From Isurus oxyrinchus (taxonomy: Eukaryota), in assembly GCA_026770705.1 (NCBI GenBank), contig JANJGN010000021.1, forward strand, positions 29,388,001-29,452,000: a stretch of 64,000 bases of DNA. The letters are read 5' to 3'. Under the pieces are notes generated by a model. The model was not told the origin of the DNA and did no database searches. It saw nothing but the letters and a program-made list of their open reading frames with translations. A program made the translations under genes and the position numbers. This document shows, in pieces, positions 15,381-28,578 of this stretch (the first letter of the stretch is position 1; each line of letters begins with the position of its first letter).

Positions 15381-16152
15381 CAATTAGTCAGGGATAAACA
15401 CTTGTCAAATAGTTACAAAGTTGTTTATTTATTTTCTTATGTGGTTGTTGCACTATTTGGAGAACTCAACAAGTCATTTCGTATTTTTCAAACATACCAC
15501 TATGGAACACAGAAAATTGCAAGTTTTTAGAAAACTCCTTTAAATATTATTTTCGTTGGACATCTGTGGCCTAACTGGGAATATAATCCTGTTCATAATA
15601 ATAGTAATAATATAATATTATTATATTATATAATATAATAATTAAAAAGTCAGGTCTAAGTATGTAGTAATTTGGAAAAGGATAGGAAACCAGTTTAGGA
15701 AAAGCATACCTCTTTACCAGCACAAAGAAAGTTCAGAAAATGCCATTTTCTGTGAGTGCCAGTGAGATGTTATGAAATGCCTCACTTTTCTTGTGGATAA
15801 AAGAATGCTTCAAGCAGACAGTCATGGATAAGAAAGTGTTTATTCCATCATTTGCAGTTGTGTTGCGAGTGTAGAACCTAGGCCAGGCTTGGTGCTGGCT
15901 GTGACTGGTGATGGTGACATGATAATTTGACGTAAGGGACTTGATTTAACCTAAGTAAATTATTGCCTGGCTGTCCAATGAAAAGGAATAAAGGAATTTT
16001 CTGAAAAAATTGCAGATTTTCTGTGTTCCATAGTGGTATGTTTGAAAAATACAGAATGACTTGTTGAGCTCTCCAAACAGTGCAACACCCACATAAGAAA
16101 ATAAATAAATCACTTTGTAACTATACAACAAGTGTTTATCCCTGACTAATTG
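15381..16152. repeat. Long inverted repeat, ~180-bp arms (15381-15562 / 15972-16152), 409-bp spacer
   Basis: Arms are reverse complements at roughly 85% identity by eye, including a 36-nt exact match GTATTTTTCAAACATACCACTATGGAACACAGAAAA. Confidence 0.9.
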
Positions 16153-16198
16153 CCACTGAAGATCAACTCTGGAAGCAGCATTAACACACAGTTTGTAT

Positions 16199-16848
16199 GG
16201 GAAGAATTTTCCCGTTGGCGAGCGGGGACAGGGCCCACTTGCTGATGTGTAAAATGATGCGCAGTGACATCGGGCGGATATCCCGATGTCACCGTGTGTC
16301 ATTTAGATTTTCAGTTTGGCGGGCGCGCAGCCCGTTAAAGAATTATTAAGGCCTGTTAAAAACTAATTAATTCAATGTAATGAGCTGCCCGTCCACCCTT
16401 AAAGCCCAGGCGGCCTTTGCATTTTTCATGGGTGGGATGAGGTTTCATGAAGTGTTTTAAAATCTAATAAAAATTTATACTTTTATTCTTTGACATGTCC
16501 CACCTCATGACACATGAGAGGACATGTTTTAAAAGTGTTAAAAACCTTTATTTAAAATTTTAGCGCTGAAACAAATTTCCCTGAGGCACCTCCATGCCTC
16601 GGGGAGATCTCTGCGCTCTTTCGCACGCATGCATGAAAGAGCGCAGGGAACTTCTCAGGGAATTCCGCACCCCCACCCCCCCTGCCTGCACAGGGAGCGC
16701 TTAGCACTTCTGGTGAGCAACACGCTGGGCGGGCTTTAATTAGCCCACCAATGTAAAATGGCGCGTCCCCAATCAGGTGTGCCAATTGGGTTTACGCCTG
16801 CCCCCGCACAAACCCCCCCCCACCCCCGATGGGGGGAAATTTCTAGCC
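16199..16848. mobile_element. Non-autonomous TIR DNA element
   Basis: GGGAAGAATTTTCCC ... GGGGAAATTTCTAGCC termini; GC-rich interior contrasts with the flanks. Confidence 0.55.
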
Positions 16849-18729
16849 TGTGAATGGGCATATTCAAGTAAGAAGGTGCCAGCTGTGTGATGACAGAAAA
16901 GAGGCACATGAAAGCTATCAGACTGCCTTGATGTATATTTGGTGTTCTATATGAGGATAAGACAGTTTCAGAGCAGGCCCAACTAGACTTGGAAAAAACA
17001 ATTAACTCTTTAAAATTATCCCCAAGTTTGAATTATTGGTGATACAAGACTTCTGGGAAGAAGTAAGTGAACCAATTATTGCAAACAGCCATTGATAATT
17101 GGTAAAGGGTTATGTTGCACAGTGAGGACCTTTTGGAGGAGCTTGACTCCTACAACAGCCAGGAACAGGTCAAGAATGTCATTTAAATGTCGATTATCTA
17201 GCTTTGTTCTGAATGTGTATCTCTTTTTATTTATTGCATCAGAGTATATTCATTATAGAGTTTGATAACCTGCAGTTTCCCAACTTAAAGCCAGCCTGTT
17301 CTGCTTTGCTTTTAATTGAGAAACTTCAGGTGAAAGTCCAAGGCCTATAGTTTACGAGCCCATCAGGCATAAAAAGAGAAGTGAAGTAAAATGAGTACAG
17401 ATTTGCTGACACCAAGATTGGGTTTAAATGCCTATGGATTGTAAGAATCTAAAAAGTTCTACAATTCTGCAGCTTTGAGGTATAGAGGAGAGTTTGTGAT
17501 AAGTCTGGGTGCAATTTGTGAGGCCACCTGTTGGGTGCTATTGGATAGTAATTCCCCTAAAACGGTGGAGAATGATATGACATCTCATTCCTGCTGACGA
17601 TGCAGCCAATGCCATCTTCATTTAGGACCTTCTGCTGGGCACCTAGAGCACATGATCCTGCTAATATGCAAATTGTGGTACAATGACATACATCGATCCA
17701 TAACTCAACCAATGGAGCATGCGCCATGCAGATTATACACAGTTCCAGCAGGTGATCTGGCCCACGAGGAGCCAGAAGTTAAGATTTAAATATTTCTGTG
17801 GGGCCAGGTAGAAAAGAAATGCTTCCCCAGGTTCCACAAAAATAACCTGAGCCATTGTTGCAATAGGTCACCCTCCATTTTTCACCCATAGCTTTAATGA
17901 GGCCTGACCTGGCCCTCAAAATAGCCCTCTATCAGCATTATTAGCCAGCTGGTTAACTTATTCTGCTGACTGAGCATCCAAAACCTGAAAAATCTACTCT
18001 AACATGGTAAGACGACAAGGGGAGAGAAAGCATGGAGAACTTACATAGATTTAGGCCATTGTTACAAATGGCCTGTGTCAGTGTTTCTAATGCTCCATTG
18101 GGGCCTCCTCCCACCTTAACAGTATTTAGAGCTGGGAAATGAGAGAGAAACATACAGGGTAGCAATGACTACTGTTGTGTCAATAAATAGAAAGGTAAAT
18201 ATAATTCAAATCCAAGCTTAAATGTACAATTCTGTTCAATCTTATGATTAAAAGTCAAGACTTCCATATGCAATTGTACAGATAAAATATGCCTAATTAT
18301 TCATATTTTAAAACCCATTACACTAAATGAAGCCATGATTTTGCTATAATTTACCATATGATATAAATAGATTTTGACAGCATAATCTCACTATAAGTAA
18401 TGGAGGCTGCCATGGTGAGAATATTTACTATTCTGTGTTGAACTTACTATATGAACTTACTATATACTAAATACTGCCCAATATTTTTCCTTGTTAATTC
18501 CTTTCACTTTCCTACTTATCCTCAATGTACTGACTGCTTGTCGCTCTCTGGTGAACATGTCTTAGTCCTCCTAGTGAGGGACAGCTATTTGAAGCTTGGC
18601 CAGCTTCTGCCCTCATCTGACATCCACACATGTGCATTTCCAGTCTGATTCATAATCCCCACCAATACCCTAGCTGAGGTCAGCTAGCTTCATATAGATC
18701 AGGGATTAAACCTGGGACCATTTTAAAAA

Positions 18730-18900
18730 ATATATATTCTTGGGATTTAGACAATGCTGGAAATGTCACATTTATTACTCCGCTATATGTGCTGGAAGCC
18801 TTTGTGATGACAGTGCTCCTGCGATAGTGTTAGGTCGGGAATTTCAGATTGTCTCAGTGATCATGAAGGATCAGAATTATATGTCCAAATCAGGATGATG
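18730..18900 (-). mobile_element. Degenerate 3' end of the 30.1-31.6 kb LINE family
   Basis: Similar to the reverse complement of the 3' end of the 30.1-31.6 kb LINE and to 42425-42630. Confidence 0.4.
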
Positions 18901-21204
18901 GTGCATGCCATTTAACTGAATGGCTCGGGTATTCAGTGATCACTCGCTGAGCCATCATGGGAGCACTACTACCTTCATCTTTGTGGAAAACTCTGGCATA
19001 AAATACATAACTTTTGTTGGCTAGTTATTGCTTTCATCAAGGTTTAAAAGATCACTAATTGCTTTCAATAAGTTCAGTTTATGGAAGCATTTATTTCATC
19101 ATCCAAATATTTTAAATTAGAAATTGTTGCATAGGAACATACTTTCATCACAAAAAGGAAATTAACATTTTTAAAAGTGCATTAAAGGAAATGTAAATTA
19201 TTGATGATAACAATTTCTTTCCTCACATAATTGACCAATTAAGCGTATTGCTGTTTGTAAGTGTCAGTTACATGGTTTTAAGGTGAGTTTTTTCTTTAAA
19301 TAAAAGATTTTATGAACAGGTTCATAGCAGTGAGGGAGCTCTCCTTGTACATTGTCTTTGCTCTCCGCGTGAGTTGAAGTGAGTGTGCATTGAAATAGGG
19401 TGCAGTGATTTCAGGCTGAATTTGTGCACAGGTTGCAAAACATTGGCTCTTTGCAAGTGGGCAGGGCAATAATGAATTAGATGAAACAGTTCGTATTTCA
19501 AGCAAACAAACTGATAACAACACCCACTTTCACCATTGCAATACACACAAAGTTCATGAGCCTGTCCCACTGCTGTGAAGTTTATTTTCTATTTCACACT
19601 TGAAGTCAATTTCAAGACAATTAAAATTAAGAGACTCAAAAGGAGCACAGAAAATTATAATTAGAGGAAGGAAAATGTTTTAAATTCCCGCAGTGGTTGA
19701 CCATAATGTGATAATAGTTTTAAGTTTAGGCATGTAGGTGGTTGATACCCTGAATGTTGCATTTCAGAACTATTCCTGATTATGCTGTCACAAACCATGT
19801 TATGGGTATGGTCCATATACACATTCATTTACAGCATGTTACATACTTTTGAAATTTGTACTGTTTTCAAATGCTTACTAGTAGGAGAGGTTTTCAGTGA
19901 AATTATCATGCTGGTTATGCAGCAAAATTGGAATCAATCTAGCGTACATGGTGAACTGCACCAGTCTCTCATGAAACCATTCAAAACAAATAATGTATTT
20001 AATTATTCCCCATCAAGCCAACCAATAACTGAATATTCAGCCAGCATGTCTACGCAGGATTCACTTGGATTTAGTTATTTGATATTAGACCATTCAGGGA
20101 GTTCTAAATCAGTGGCAATCAACAAGTTTAAAACATTGCCCTAAATCCAACAAAGTAGTTATCGGTGCTGAGAACTGGGAACTGGCAAAGAAAGATAACA
20201 TTTTCCTTAAATGTTGAGGCCAAAATTTGGTGGTCAAATGTTGGGTCAACAATGACTACCTTAGGCTCACTAATGATTACTGCCTGAGCAAAATTATGTT
20301 TTGTGTCATTTGGTGGGGCTCACAAAGGCCAATCCCTAACCAGCAAAACATGAAATAAAAGTTCTATTGTGCTGTCAATGCACAAGCTTGTTCACTGACT
20401 CAGGTGTAAGATTTTAAAACAGTTGAAGAGCACAGTAGTGCAGCTGCTGAATATCAAACAAGTTTAACTACGCATTTAAAAGTAGAACACTGATCAGCTA
20501 AGTGTGTGACAGAGCAAAGCGTGAGAGTATTTTTGAAAGTTGCCAATCACACCTCACACTAAAGGGATTAAGCATGTAACACGCAGATATGAAAAAATGT
20601 TACTCTGAATGTGATACATCGCTATGAGGAGATGATTATCATCTATGTTTTTCCGTTAAGAAACCGCGCTGCTGGGTTTTTTTTAAAACACTTAAGTACA
20701 AAGTTGTGGTAGAAAACTACTTAACCCTTTGAGCACTGTAATATCTTTTCATACCTAAAGACACAGTGGACATCACAGCATGGCCTATTAATGAGATAAC
20801 AGTATACAAAGGAAAGCATTGTCTATTTGTGTAAACTGCTGTTATCTGATTTTAAAATATTACTTTCAAATGTACAAGAGAGAATGTCAGTGGTTGCATG
20901 CTGCACAAGGCTCTACATGTTCATACACCTGAACCAGTCTTTGGAGATTAAACATTTCCTGGTGACGTCTTATTGTTGCAGAGTTTATGAAATTGGATAT
21001 GAACCAAAAATTTAAATAGAAAATAAACTATAATGAAAATGAATCATTTGAGGGCTTCATGATATTTTTACACCAGGTATCTAGCATCTAAGGAGCTGGA
21101 TGAGTAGACAATAAACGTTGGTTACAGACAAATTGGCGTAACCCAACAATCAACAGACCATCACTGTCCCTTGAATATGGGGCAATCTAATAGAAATTAC
21201 TTGA

Positions 21205-21590
21205 TAGGGCCCATAGAGGGAATCTATCTTCTCTGGTTGGAGAATTCAAAACACGGGGGAATGACCTCAAAATTAAAGCTAGGCCGTTCAGGGGTGATGT
21301 CAGAAGGCAATTTTTCACATCAAGGGTAGTGGAAACCTGGAACTCTCTTCCTCAAAAAGCAGTTGAAGCTGGGGTTGGGTCTGGAGGTGGGGGGGGTGGG
21401 GGGGGGTGGGGGGGTGGGGGGTGTGAATTGAAAATCTCAAAATGGAGACTGATACATTTTTGTTAAACAAGGATATTAAGGGTTACAGAAGCAAGGTGGG
21501 GGGTGGTGTATAAATGGAGTTAAGGTACAGATCAACCATGATATAACTGAGTGTCGGAATAGATTTGAGGAATTGAATGACCTACTCCCT
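21205..21590 (+). mobile_element. CR1-type LINE 3' fragment with internal G-rich expansion
   Basis: Degenerate CR1 ORF2 C-terminus (F..RVV..WN.LP; GGGTAGTGGAAACCTGGAACTCTCTTCC) and CR1-like 3' UTR (GTACAGATCAACCATGAT...GAATGACCTACTCC). Confidence 0.65.
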
Positions 21591-22869
21591 AAAAAAACGG
21601 GTTTGGACTGAACAATGATGTATTTATCTTTGCATGTGTTTATCTATGATTAGCATAAGTGTACTCTGATTTATTGCACATCTATACATAAATATAAAGC
21701 TCAATATACACCTGGAAGCCTCCTTTACACTTAAAAAAAACACCTGATGAAAGACTACGCTTAAGGCAGTGAAACAGTAAGGCAGTATCATCAAACCCAC
21801 AGCAATACCAAACCTGCTTAGACAGTTTCTTTAAAAGTAATTTTGTTAATGTTTTGGTGGAAGAACTGAGTGAGACAGTGAAGTTTATTCACATCCATAA
21901 CTTTTGGTGTGCAATGCATACTTGTATATAAGACACACTCCTAACATGCTGGAAATTAATTTCTTATGTTACATACATTTGGGTTTTGCATCTATTTTTC
22001 ATTAAATGCTCGATTCGTAAAAGAAAAATAATCACTGGCTATTCAATTTGTTCAGTGTTTCCATTCATAGTACTTAGCATTTTTAATTTTTGGAATGTGA
22101 TGTATTTCTCTAGTGAGGACCATAGTGAAGTATCTGGTAATTAGGACTGAGAATTTGGACAAATTTGAATTTTACGTTTAAGTGGAGGGTGGAGGGGCAA
22201 TGTTACAAAATTTACATTCCATCAATTTGACATTTCAACAAGATGCCAGTAGTGAGATCAAGGAAGACCAAAAATACAACCACATCTAAGAACTATAGGC
22301 TATGTATTTGCCTCAGTCGAACTTCAGGGAAATTAGATACATTGTTATACCCAACTATGTGTCAGCACATTAGAAAATTTGGACACATCCCAACTATTAG
22401 GAAAATTAACATAAAATAACTAAATCACAGAAGTAGAAATTCAACTGCCATCATTAACACAAACAGAAACTCAACTAAACCATCAATTAAACAATCAGAA
22501 TTCCAACTTAACCATTATGAAACCTGAAACCAACTAAAGCATTTCTAAAACACTAATCAAACTAATCATCAGCTCTAGTGATACTGCCACTTTTGTGGTA
22601 ATGCAAAACAGCATAAGGTTAAAAAAAAAACAGCATAAGGTGAACATTGATGTGAAATTGGTAGTATAATGAAGGAATCCAGTCCCACTCGGGTGACTCC
22701 TGAGTGCACAAGCAGGGTGATATGACACCTTCTCAAAAAGAGTTTACAAACTATTTGGGCTCTTTTGTAAAATGGCAAAAAGCTTCAAATTGATTTGAAG
22801 CCTGAACTAAAAATGTTGGGCAAATCTGTTGGATCTCTGGGCACTTTGTAAACTTACAATTAAGTCTAT

Positions 22870-23090
22870 TTGAAGATCAGAAAGTCTTCCTATTCTCCTG
22901 ACAAATATTCCTCCTCAAATCAACAATATTAAAATCTGTTTAATTAGTTATCCATGGCATTACTGGTTGCAGAATCTTGCTGTGAATAAGATGGCTGCTA
23001 CACTGACTACATAAGGATGTTCCCTGCACTTTATACTGGTCATCTAAGACATTTATAAGATGTGGTTAGGTGCTATATAAATGCAACACT
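22870..23090 (+). mobile_element. Degenerate SINE 3' portion (Deu-type, tentative)
   Basis: Reverse-complement similarity to the SINE copies at 26485 and 48125; ends with GTGCTATATAAATGCAA. Confidence 0.45.
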
Positions 23091-26000
23091 TTTGTTGTAA
23101 TAACAACATTATAAGTCACATTCTCCTGCCATTAATAAAAAAACCAAAAGAATACAGCACCGCTGCATGCAGATATAAAAATAGGAATGTACAGCTTTTT
23201 CTCATGGACAGAGTGAGTGGTGTCAGTAGTACTTAGCACTTGACAGCTATCAACATTAGATTGTTAGTGCATTAATAAGGGCGGCCTAAAAAGAACCAGC
23301 TAAATTATAACCGCTTAACAAAAATCGGTATGTATCTACTAAACAAATAATTTTAAAAGATAGATTTATGGCATTAAAGCACTAAATAATATCACTGCTT
23401 GCCTTTTAAATAGTCACTTGCCTTTGTCTGCTTACATCTATCCTGCTGCAAGGAATAAAATAAAATCGCACTCAGGGAGAGAAAAATACTCCAGTAAGTT
23501 GTGCACATGCAGGTTCCCATTTTATTAAAGGGCCAGGCACATTCCAATGCGACGTGTCCAAAATTAGTCCATATCTGAATTTATCAGAATAAGCCACTTA
23601 AGATTTGCATTAACTCTGTCAAAACAGTAGACTGTTTTCTCAGAGATTTGGGTTAAAATCCAATTAGAATATATGGGGAGGTGATAGCAAGCCTTGACTC
23701 CTAAATGGAAGTGTTAGTTTTTAAAATATCATGGCTAAGTTTCCACTACTGTTATTCTGTCTCACTGAACAATGTTTCAAAGCTCACAGAATTATTCTTC
23801 ATCTTAATGTGTATGTATATTCCCAAAGATCACTGTATAGACATTCCATTCAACAGACTGTATCTGTGGTTGTGTCCATTATTCACTATATAGTGTTCTT
23901 GGTCTTAGCTAATCTTTGTAGAGAATACCAAATGTTCTTCAAGTGTCAGAGAGAGAAAGAAAAAGTCAGGGATAGACTCGTTAAAGTGAGCACTTTGATC
24001 ATCACTCAGTGGCTGGGCATTCGTTTTAATGATCATTTAGTTGGGTTTGTGCATGTCTCTAGATGATTTATTCATGTTTGTTTTTTGTGATGGAAAGTAT
24101 TTTAAAAATACAAACATATGTACCTTAATTTAGTACTTATACTAAACCCAGCCAATCTAACTTCCTTCCACTTATCTTCACATAGAGTGGTAGACGCGAG
24201 GGAACCTGTCACCTGTGTCTCTGTACTGCCTAGTCTAAAAATCATATAATAAACACACACTTAATTGACAGGTTAGTGGTAAATTTAATCTGAACAATTA
24301 TACTAATGAAAGAAAGATCTTGCTGTGAGATATTGAAAATACTGTATTGATGGAGAATATGAGCTCAGAAAGCTGTGGTTACTAATTCTATTTCATTATC
24401 CAATCCAGATTTTCAAAATTTGCAGGCCACAATCAGCTTGGCACAAGGAATAAGACGACTAAATGTGGAAATTGTGTCATTGTGGACTAAACTTGGAGAT
24501 TGGATAGCAAAATGTTTCCCTTCTCCCATCCCATTTGACCTTGTGGTTTGGAGGCAGATGCTCCAATTCTTTGGAACAACATTAGCGAAACTAAGTCTGT
24601 ACTCACGACTACTAACAGCAGGCCCACGGGGGTTCATAATCTCTCCTTTTATGAGTTTTGACTAACACGCATCCATCACACTTCAGATGTCGCACTTTGT
24701 TGCAGCTGTAAACTGACCTTAGATAAAGAGAGAAAGAAAGCTAACTCCTTTCATGTCGAGCTTTTCAAACCTGCAGCCAGATATTTACAAGATCTGACAA
24801 TTACCCTCTGACCGATCCCAGGAGTTTACCAAGAGCTCCATCTAGCTGGCTTTGTCTATGTAACCACCTTATTTGAACAGTGACCTTAAATGAGGCAGAC
24901 CAAGTTAAACATCACAATCATGTTCAAGACCTCAAGTTACCCTCCCCACAAGCAATACCAAGGGAAATCTGTGATCATAGGATTAAATGCACCACCATGT
25001 TTGGTTGCATCTATCTTGTTTCTCCATATTTTTTTTTATCTGTTTGTTTTGAAGTTTGAAAAACTCAAGCTGGGGAACCTGTTCCCATCTGATTTAATTT
25101 CTTTGCACTGTACTGACATGCAGTTCAAAGAACTAAGTTGCTATTTGATCATGTTTGGAGGCAAGGCTGGAAGCATGATTGAGGCTTTGAGGGCTTCTTA
25201 CTTGACCAAGAAAACTCCACCCTTAGTTAAATGCCAACAGCTTCAGATGTTTGCAGCTGTGGGCAATAACAGATTTTACTGGTTACAATATATAACACTT
25301 AATTCAATAGATATGGGCAAATAAGCCAAACAAGTGATGGGCAATCATGCATGAACATCATTAGTTTAACTGAAATATTGGCTCAATTAATGAGATACTT
25401 TATTTTAGTACTTGCATCATTTAAGGTATTTACGATATTAACAAAAAGGAACATTTTCACCTGAATAATTCTTAATTCTGTGTGCAAAATGTTGAATTTC
25501 ATGATGTGGTTTAGCACTACCATTCATGATTTTTGGTAAAGTAATATTAATTGTATTCCAGTCCTCCATTCCATGGTTTGTGCTATTGAGTTTTGTTAAT
25601 GGCAGATGCTGAAGAAAGTTCCTTTTAATCTGTGTCATCTCTAACAGGGTTTAGGACATTTCTTTATCAAAAGGCAGCACCAAAGCTTTGCCTAATAACT
25701 TACTCTCCCACTCCACAAGTTTAATGTCCCACGTAAAGCACAAAGTGCTTGAAGTGTGGATCACGTGGCAAAGCTCAGAGTGACTCCTCCAGATGTCTCA
25801 GTTCAATTCTTTCTATATTTCCTCTGTAAGCTGCAGCATCGGTACAAAAGTCAAACTGCTTCATTACACTACAACATTACAATTGGAGTGTGAAATGCAT
25901 TGAAACTTTCAAGTAATCGGGTATATCCACATTGCACCTGTTGCAATGTCACCTACCCATCTAATGCTGCCTCTTTGCAGTTCAAAGCAGTGCAGCAACA

Positions 26001-26484
26001 ACAGTCTTCTGCACCATTCTAACATTTCACAAAGCCACACGTTGGAAAGGGCGTATCCAGAAAAAAACCCTCAAGTACCTCTGGTACCTAATTCATTGTG
26101 CATTTACTAAAACTGAATAAAGAGCATTTTTTATTGCTATCATTCATAAACTCCACATCAAATTGAAATATTGAAAAGATTTATAATCACAAATTGTAAA
26201 AATCTAAAGAGAATACATGCTGATGTCAATTTACATTAAATTGCAGGTTATAGATCTTAACCATGCACAATTCAGATTCACTCTTTTAACAATAGTTACA
26301 CACTGATCTATCATTTCACATTTCGCTGCAGTAAGGTACTGCCTTACACTAAGGACATTAACCACATCATGTGGTGTGTGTGATTGGTGCTGCAAAGGTT
26401 AAAGGCCTCATGCTTTAGGCAGATATTTCTCCCCAACACAATGGCTGCTTTGCCATCAAAATGTCACCTAATTCTGATTTGAAG

Positions 26485-26910
26485 AAAGATTTGCTTTTAT
26501 GTAGCACCTCATCATATTCATAGGAAGCGGCAAAGTGTTTTGCAACCAACAAATTTCTTCCACGCCCCCAGCCCAGAAAAGCACTGTTGTGTAGACAGAC
26601 TTAGTGGCCAATTTGCGTTCAGCAAAGTCCTTTTTAAGCGGCAAATGAATGAATAGATAATCCGTTCAGGTGGTGTTGGGTGAGGGAGGAATGTTGGCTG
26701 GTACCCCAGGAGAACTCCCTGTTCTTCAAATAATGCTATGAGGTCTATTACATACATTTCAATGGACAAATAGGGTCTCGATTTAATATCTCATCTCTGA
26801 CAATACATCACTCCCTCTGTGCAGCACTGAAGTGTTGGCCCAGCTTATATCCTCAAATCCTGAAGTGGGGCTTGAACCCATAACCTTCAGGCTCAGAGTC
26901 AAGCTGACCA
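26485..26910 (-). mobile_element. tRNA-derived SINE (Deu-type, tentative)
   Basis: Minus-strand B box (GTGGGGCTTGAACCC on +). Body is shared with 48125-48570 and 59720-59975. Confidence 0.65.
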
Positions 26911-26929
26911 GACTGATTAAGATATTCAT

Positions 26930-27661
26930 GGGGTGGAATATTCTGGTCCTGCCAGTTGAGGGTAGTTTGGCGGGCGAGGTAACTTAATTTGCCGTGAGGC
27001 CAAAAATCAGTTTCACAATGGCGGGATGAACTTTAGCAAATATGTTCTTGGGGCTGTAAAGGCAGGTTCCTGATGAACAGTGTCGGGATGTCCTTTTGCA
27101 TTAGCATGTCATGCATGCTTATTAAAAGGCCAGCTCGCCGGAATTAAGTTCAGTTCCCCACCAAGGAGAAATTTGAACGTTCACTTTTACAACTGCTCAT
27201 AAGTGGTGCACCTGGCAAGATAGACTTCTTCACTGCGATTAAAGGTGAGTTGCCACTGCAGTAGCATTGTCCTCTTTTGGGAGTGTCTGTAAATGCCAGC
27301 CAATGCTTGAGAGCGGGTGGCGGCAGTGCAAGTTGTGTGGTGGATGACCAAAGAAGGGAGGAAGGGTTAGTGGGGAAAGATGAAGTGGCCAGGCAAAGGT
27401 GGAAGGGATAGTGCAGGCTGTCCGGGTGCCCTTTAAATATAGCAGCCGGACCTTCAACCCCATGAGGTAATGGCAGGGATGGCAACTTCTTGTCTGCCCG
27501 TGCCGTGAGAATCGGTGAGCTCCTCGCAGATGCATATTTAATGAGCTGAACAGTGCAAGATTGTGCATGATCAGCTGTTCCTCCTGCCCTCTAACCCAGC
27601 GGAAATTCCTCCACCTTATGCCCGCCACTGAACTTAGACTCCAAAATGGAAGATTCTGGCC
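26930..27661. mobile_element. Non-autonomous TIR DNA element
   Basis: GGGGTGGAATATTC ... GAAGATTCTGGCC termini; GC-richer interior. Confidence 0.5.
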
Positions 27662-28351
27662 ACTGATATTTTTTCCCATGTTTTATACATCTCCATGGTG
27701 CAACATAGTGTAATATCGAGCATCAGGCAACTAAAAGAAGCAGGACTGATCAAATTGTGCAAGAACCAATCCAAATTCTTAATATAAAATCAGCTTTTAC
27801 TGGTAAAGTTGAAAGATATGCCTGGAGGCAAAAGCCTCTACAGTCATGCTAGTAAAGCTTGTTTTTCCCAACAAAACAGATGATGTCAGTCAATGAGAGT
27901 TGTTTTGCTAAAACATTCCCTCACTTACATTGTGGCTGAAGAAAACACTTCAAACACTGGGGTAGGAGACAGGTTTTATTTTCAAACTTTGTGTTCGTTG
28001 AAGGAAAATGCAAAGGAATAAATGTGCATGGAATTGTCCATTTCCTCTCAATTTATTTGAAATATTTTGTATTAAAATATAACATTTATATATTTTTGCA
28101 AAGATGGCTTGACTGAATTTGAAAGGGGTACCCAGCAATCTGAAAGGGCCCATCAGCCTCCCAATGAATTACCAAGTCACTTAGTTAAATCAAATAGTTA
28201 AACACAGAATTTAAAAAAATATTTTAAAGTTCTCTGATGTTGTGTCACTTGTTTCACTCTGACTCTATATACTTCTGATCGACACAGGCTTCTTTTTTAC
28301 TGGTTGAGTCAGGACACCCACAGCTCATAAAATACAAGCTACCTACCCAAT

Positions 28352-28578
28352 CACACAGCCTTCATAGCGAGAAAGTTGCACCTAGGGCAGGCACAGTGCT
28401 TATTGAAAGCCACTTCTTCAGGGCAGATAGCTTTCATATGGAATCACATTGGGTACAGACGATGCTGATAAAAGCTGCCTATCCCATTCACACAGCTTTC
28501 CTACAGTGAGAGTCACATACGGCAGGCATAATGCTTACTGAAAGCCACCTGTGCAGGGCACACGGCTTTCATATGGAT
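28352..28578 (+). repeat. Diverged direct duplication (~90 bp, period ~137)
   Basis: CACACAGC...GGCAGGCA..TGCTTA.TGAAAGCCAC....CAGGGCA...GCTTTCATATGGA occurs at 28352 and again at 28489. Confidence 0.75.
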
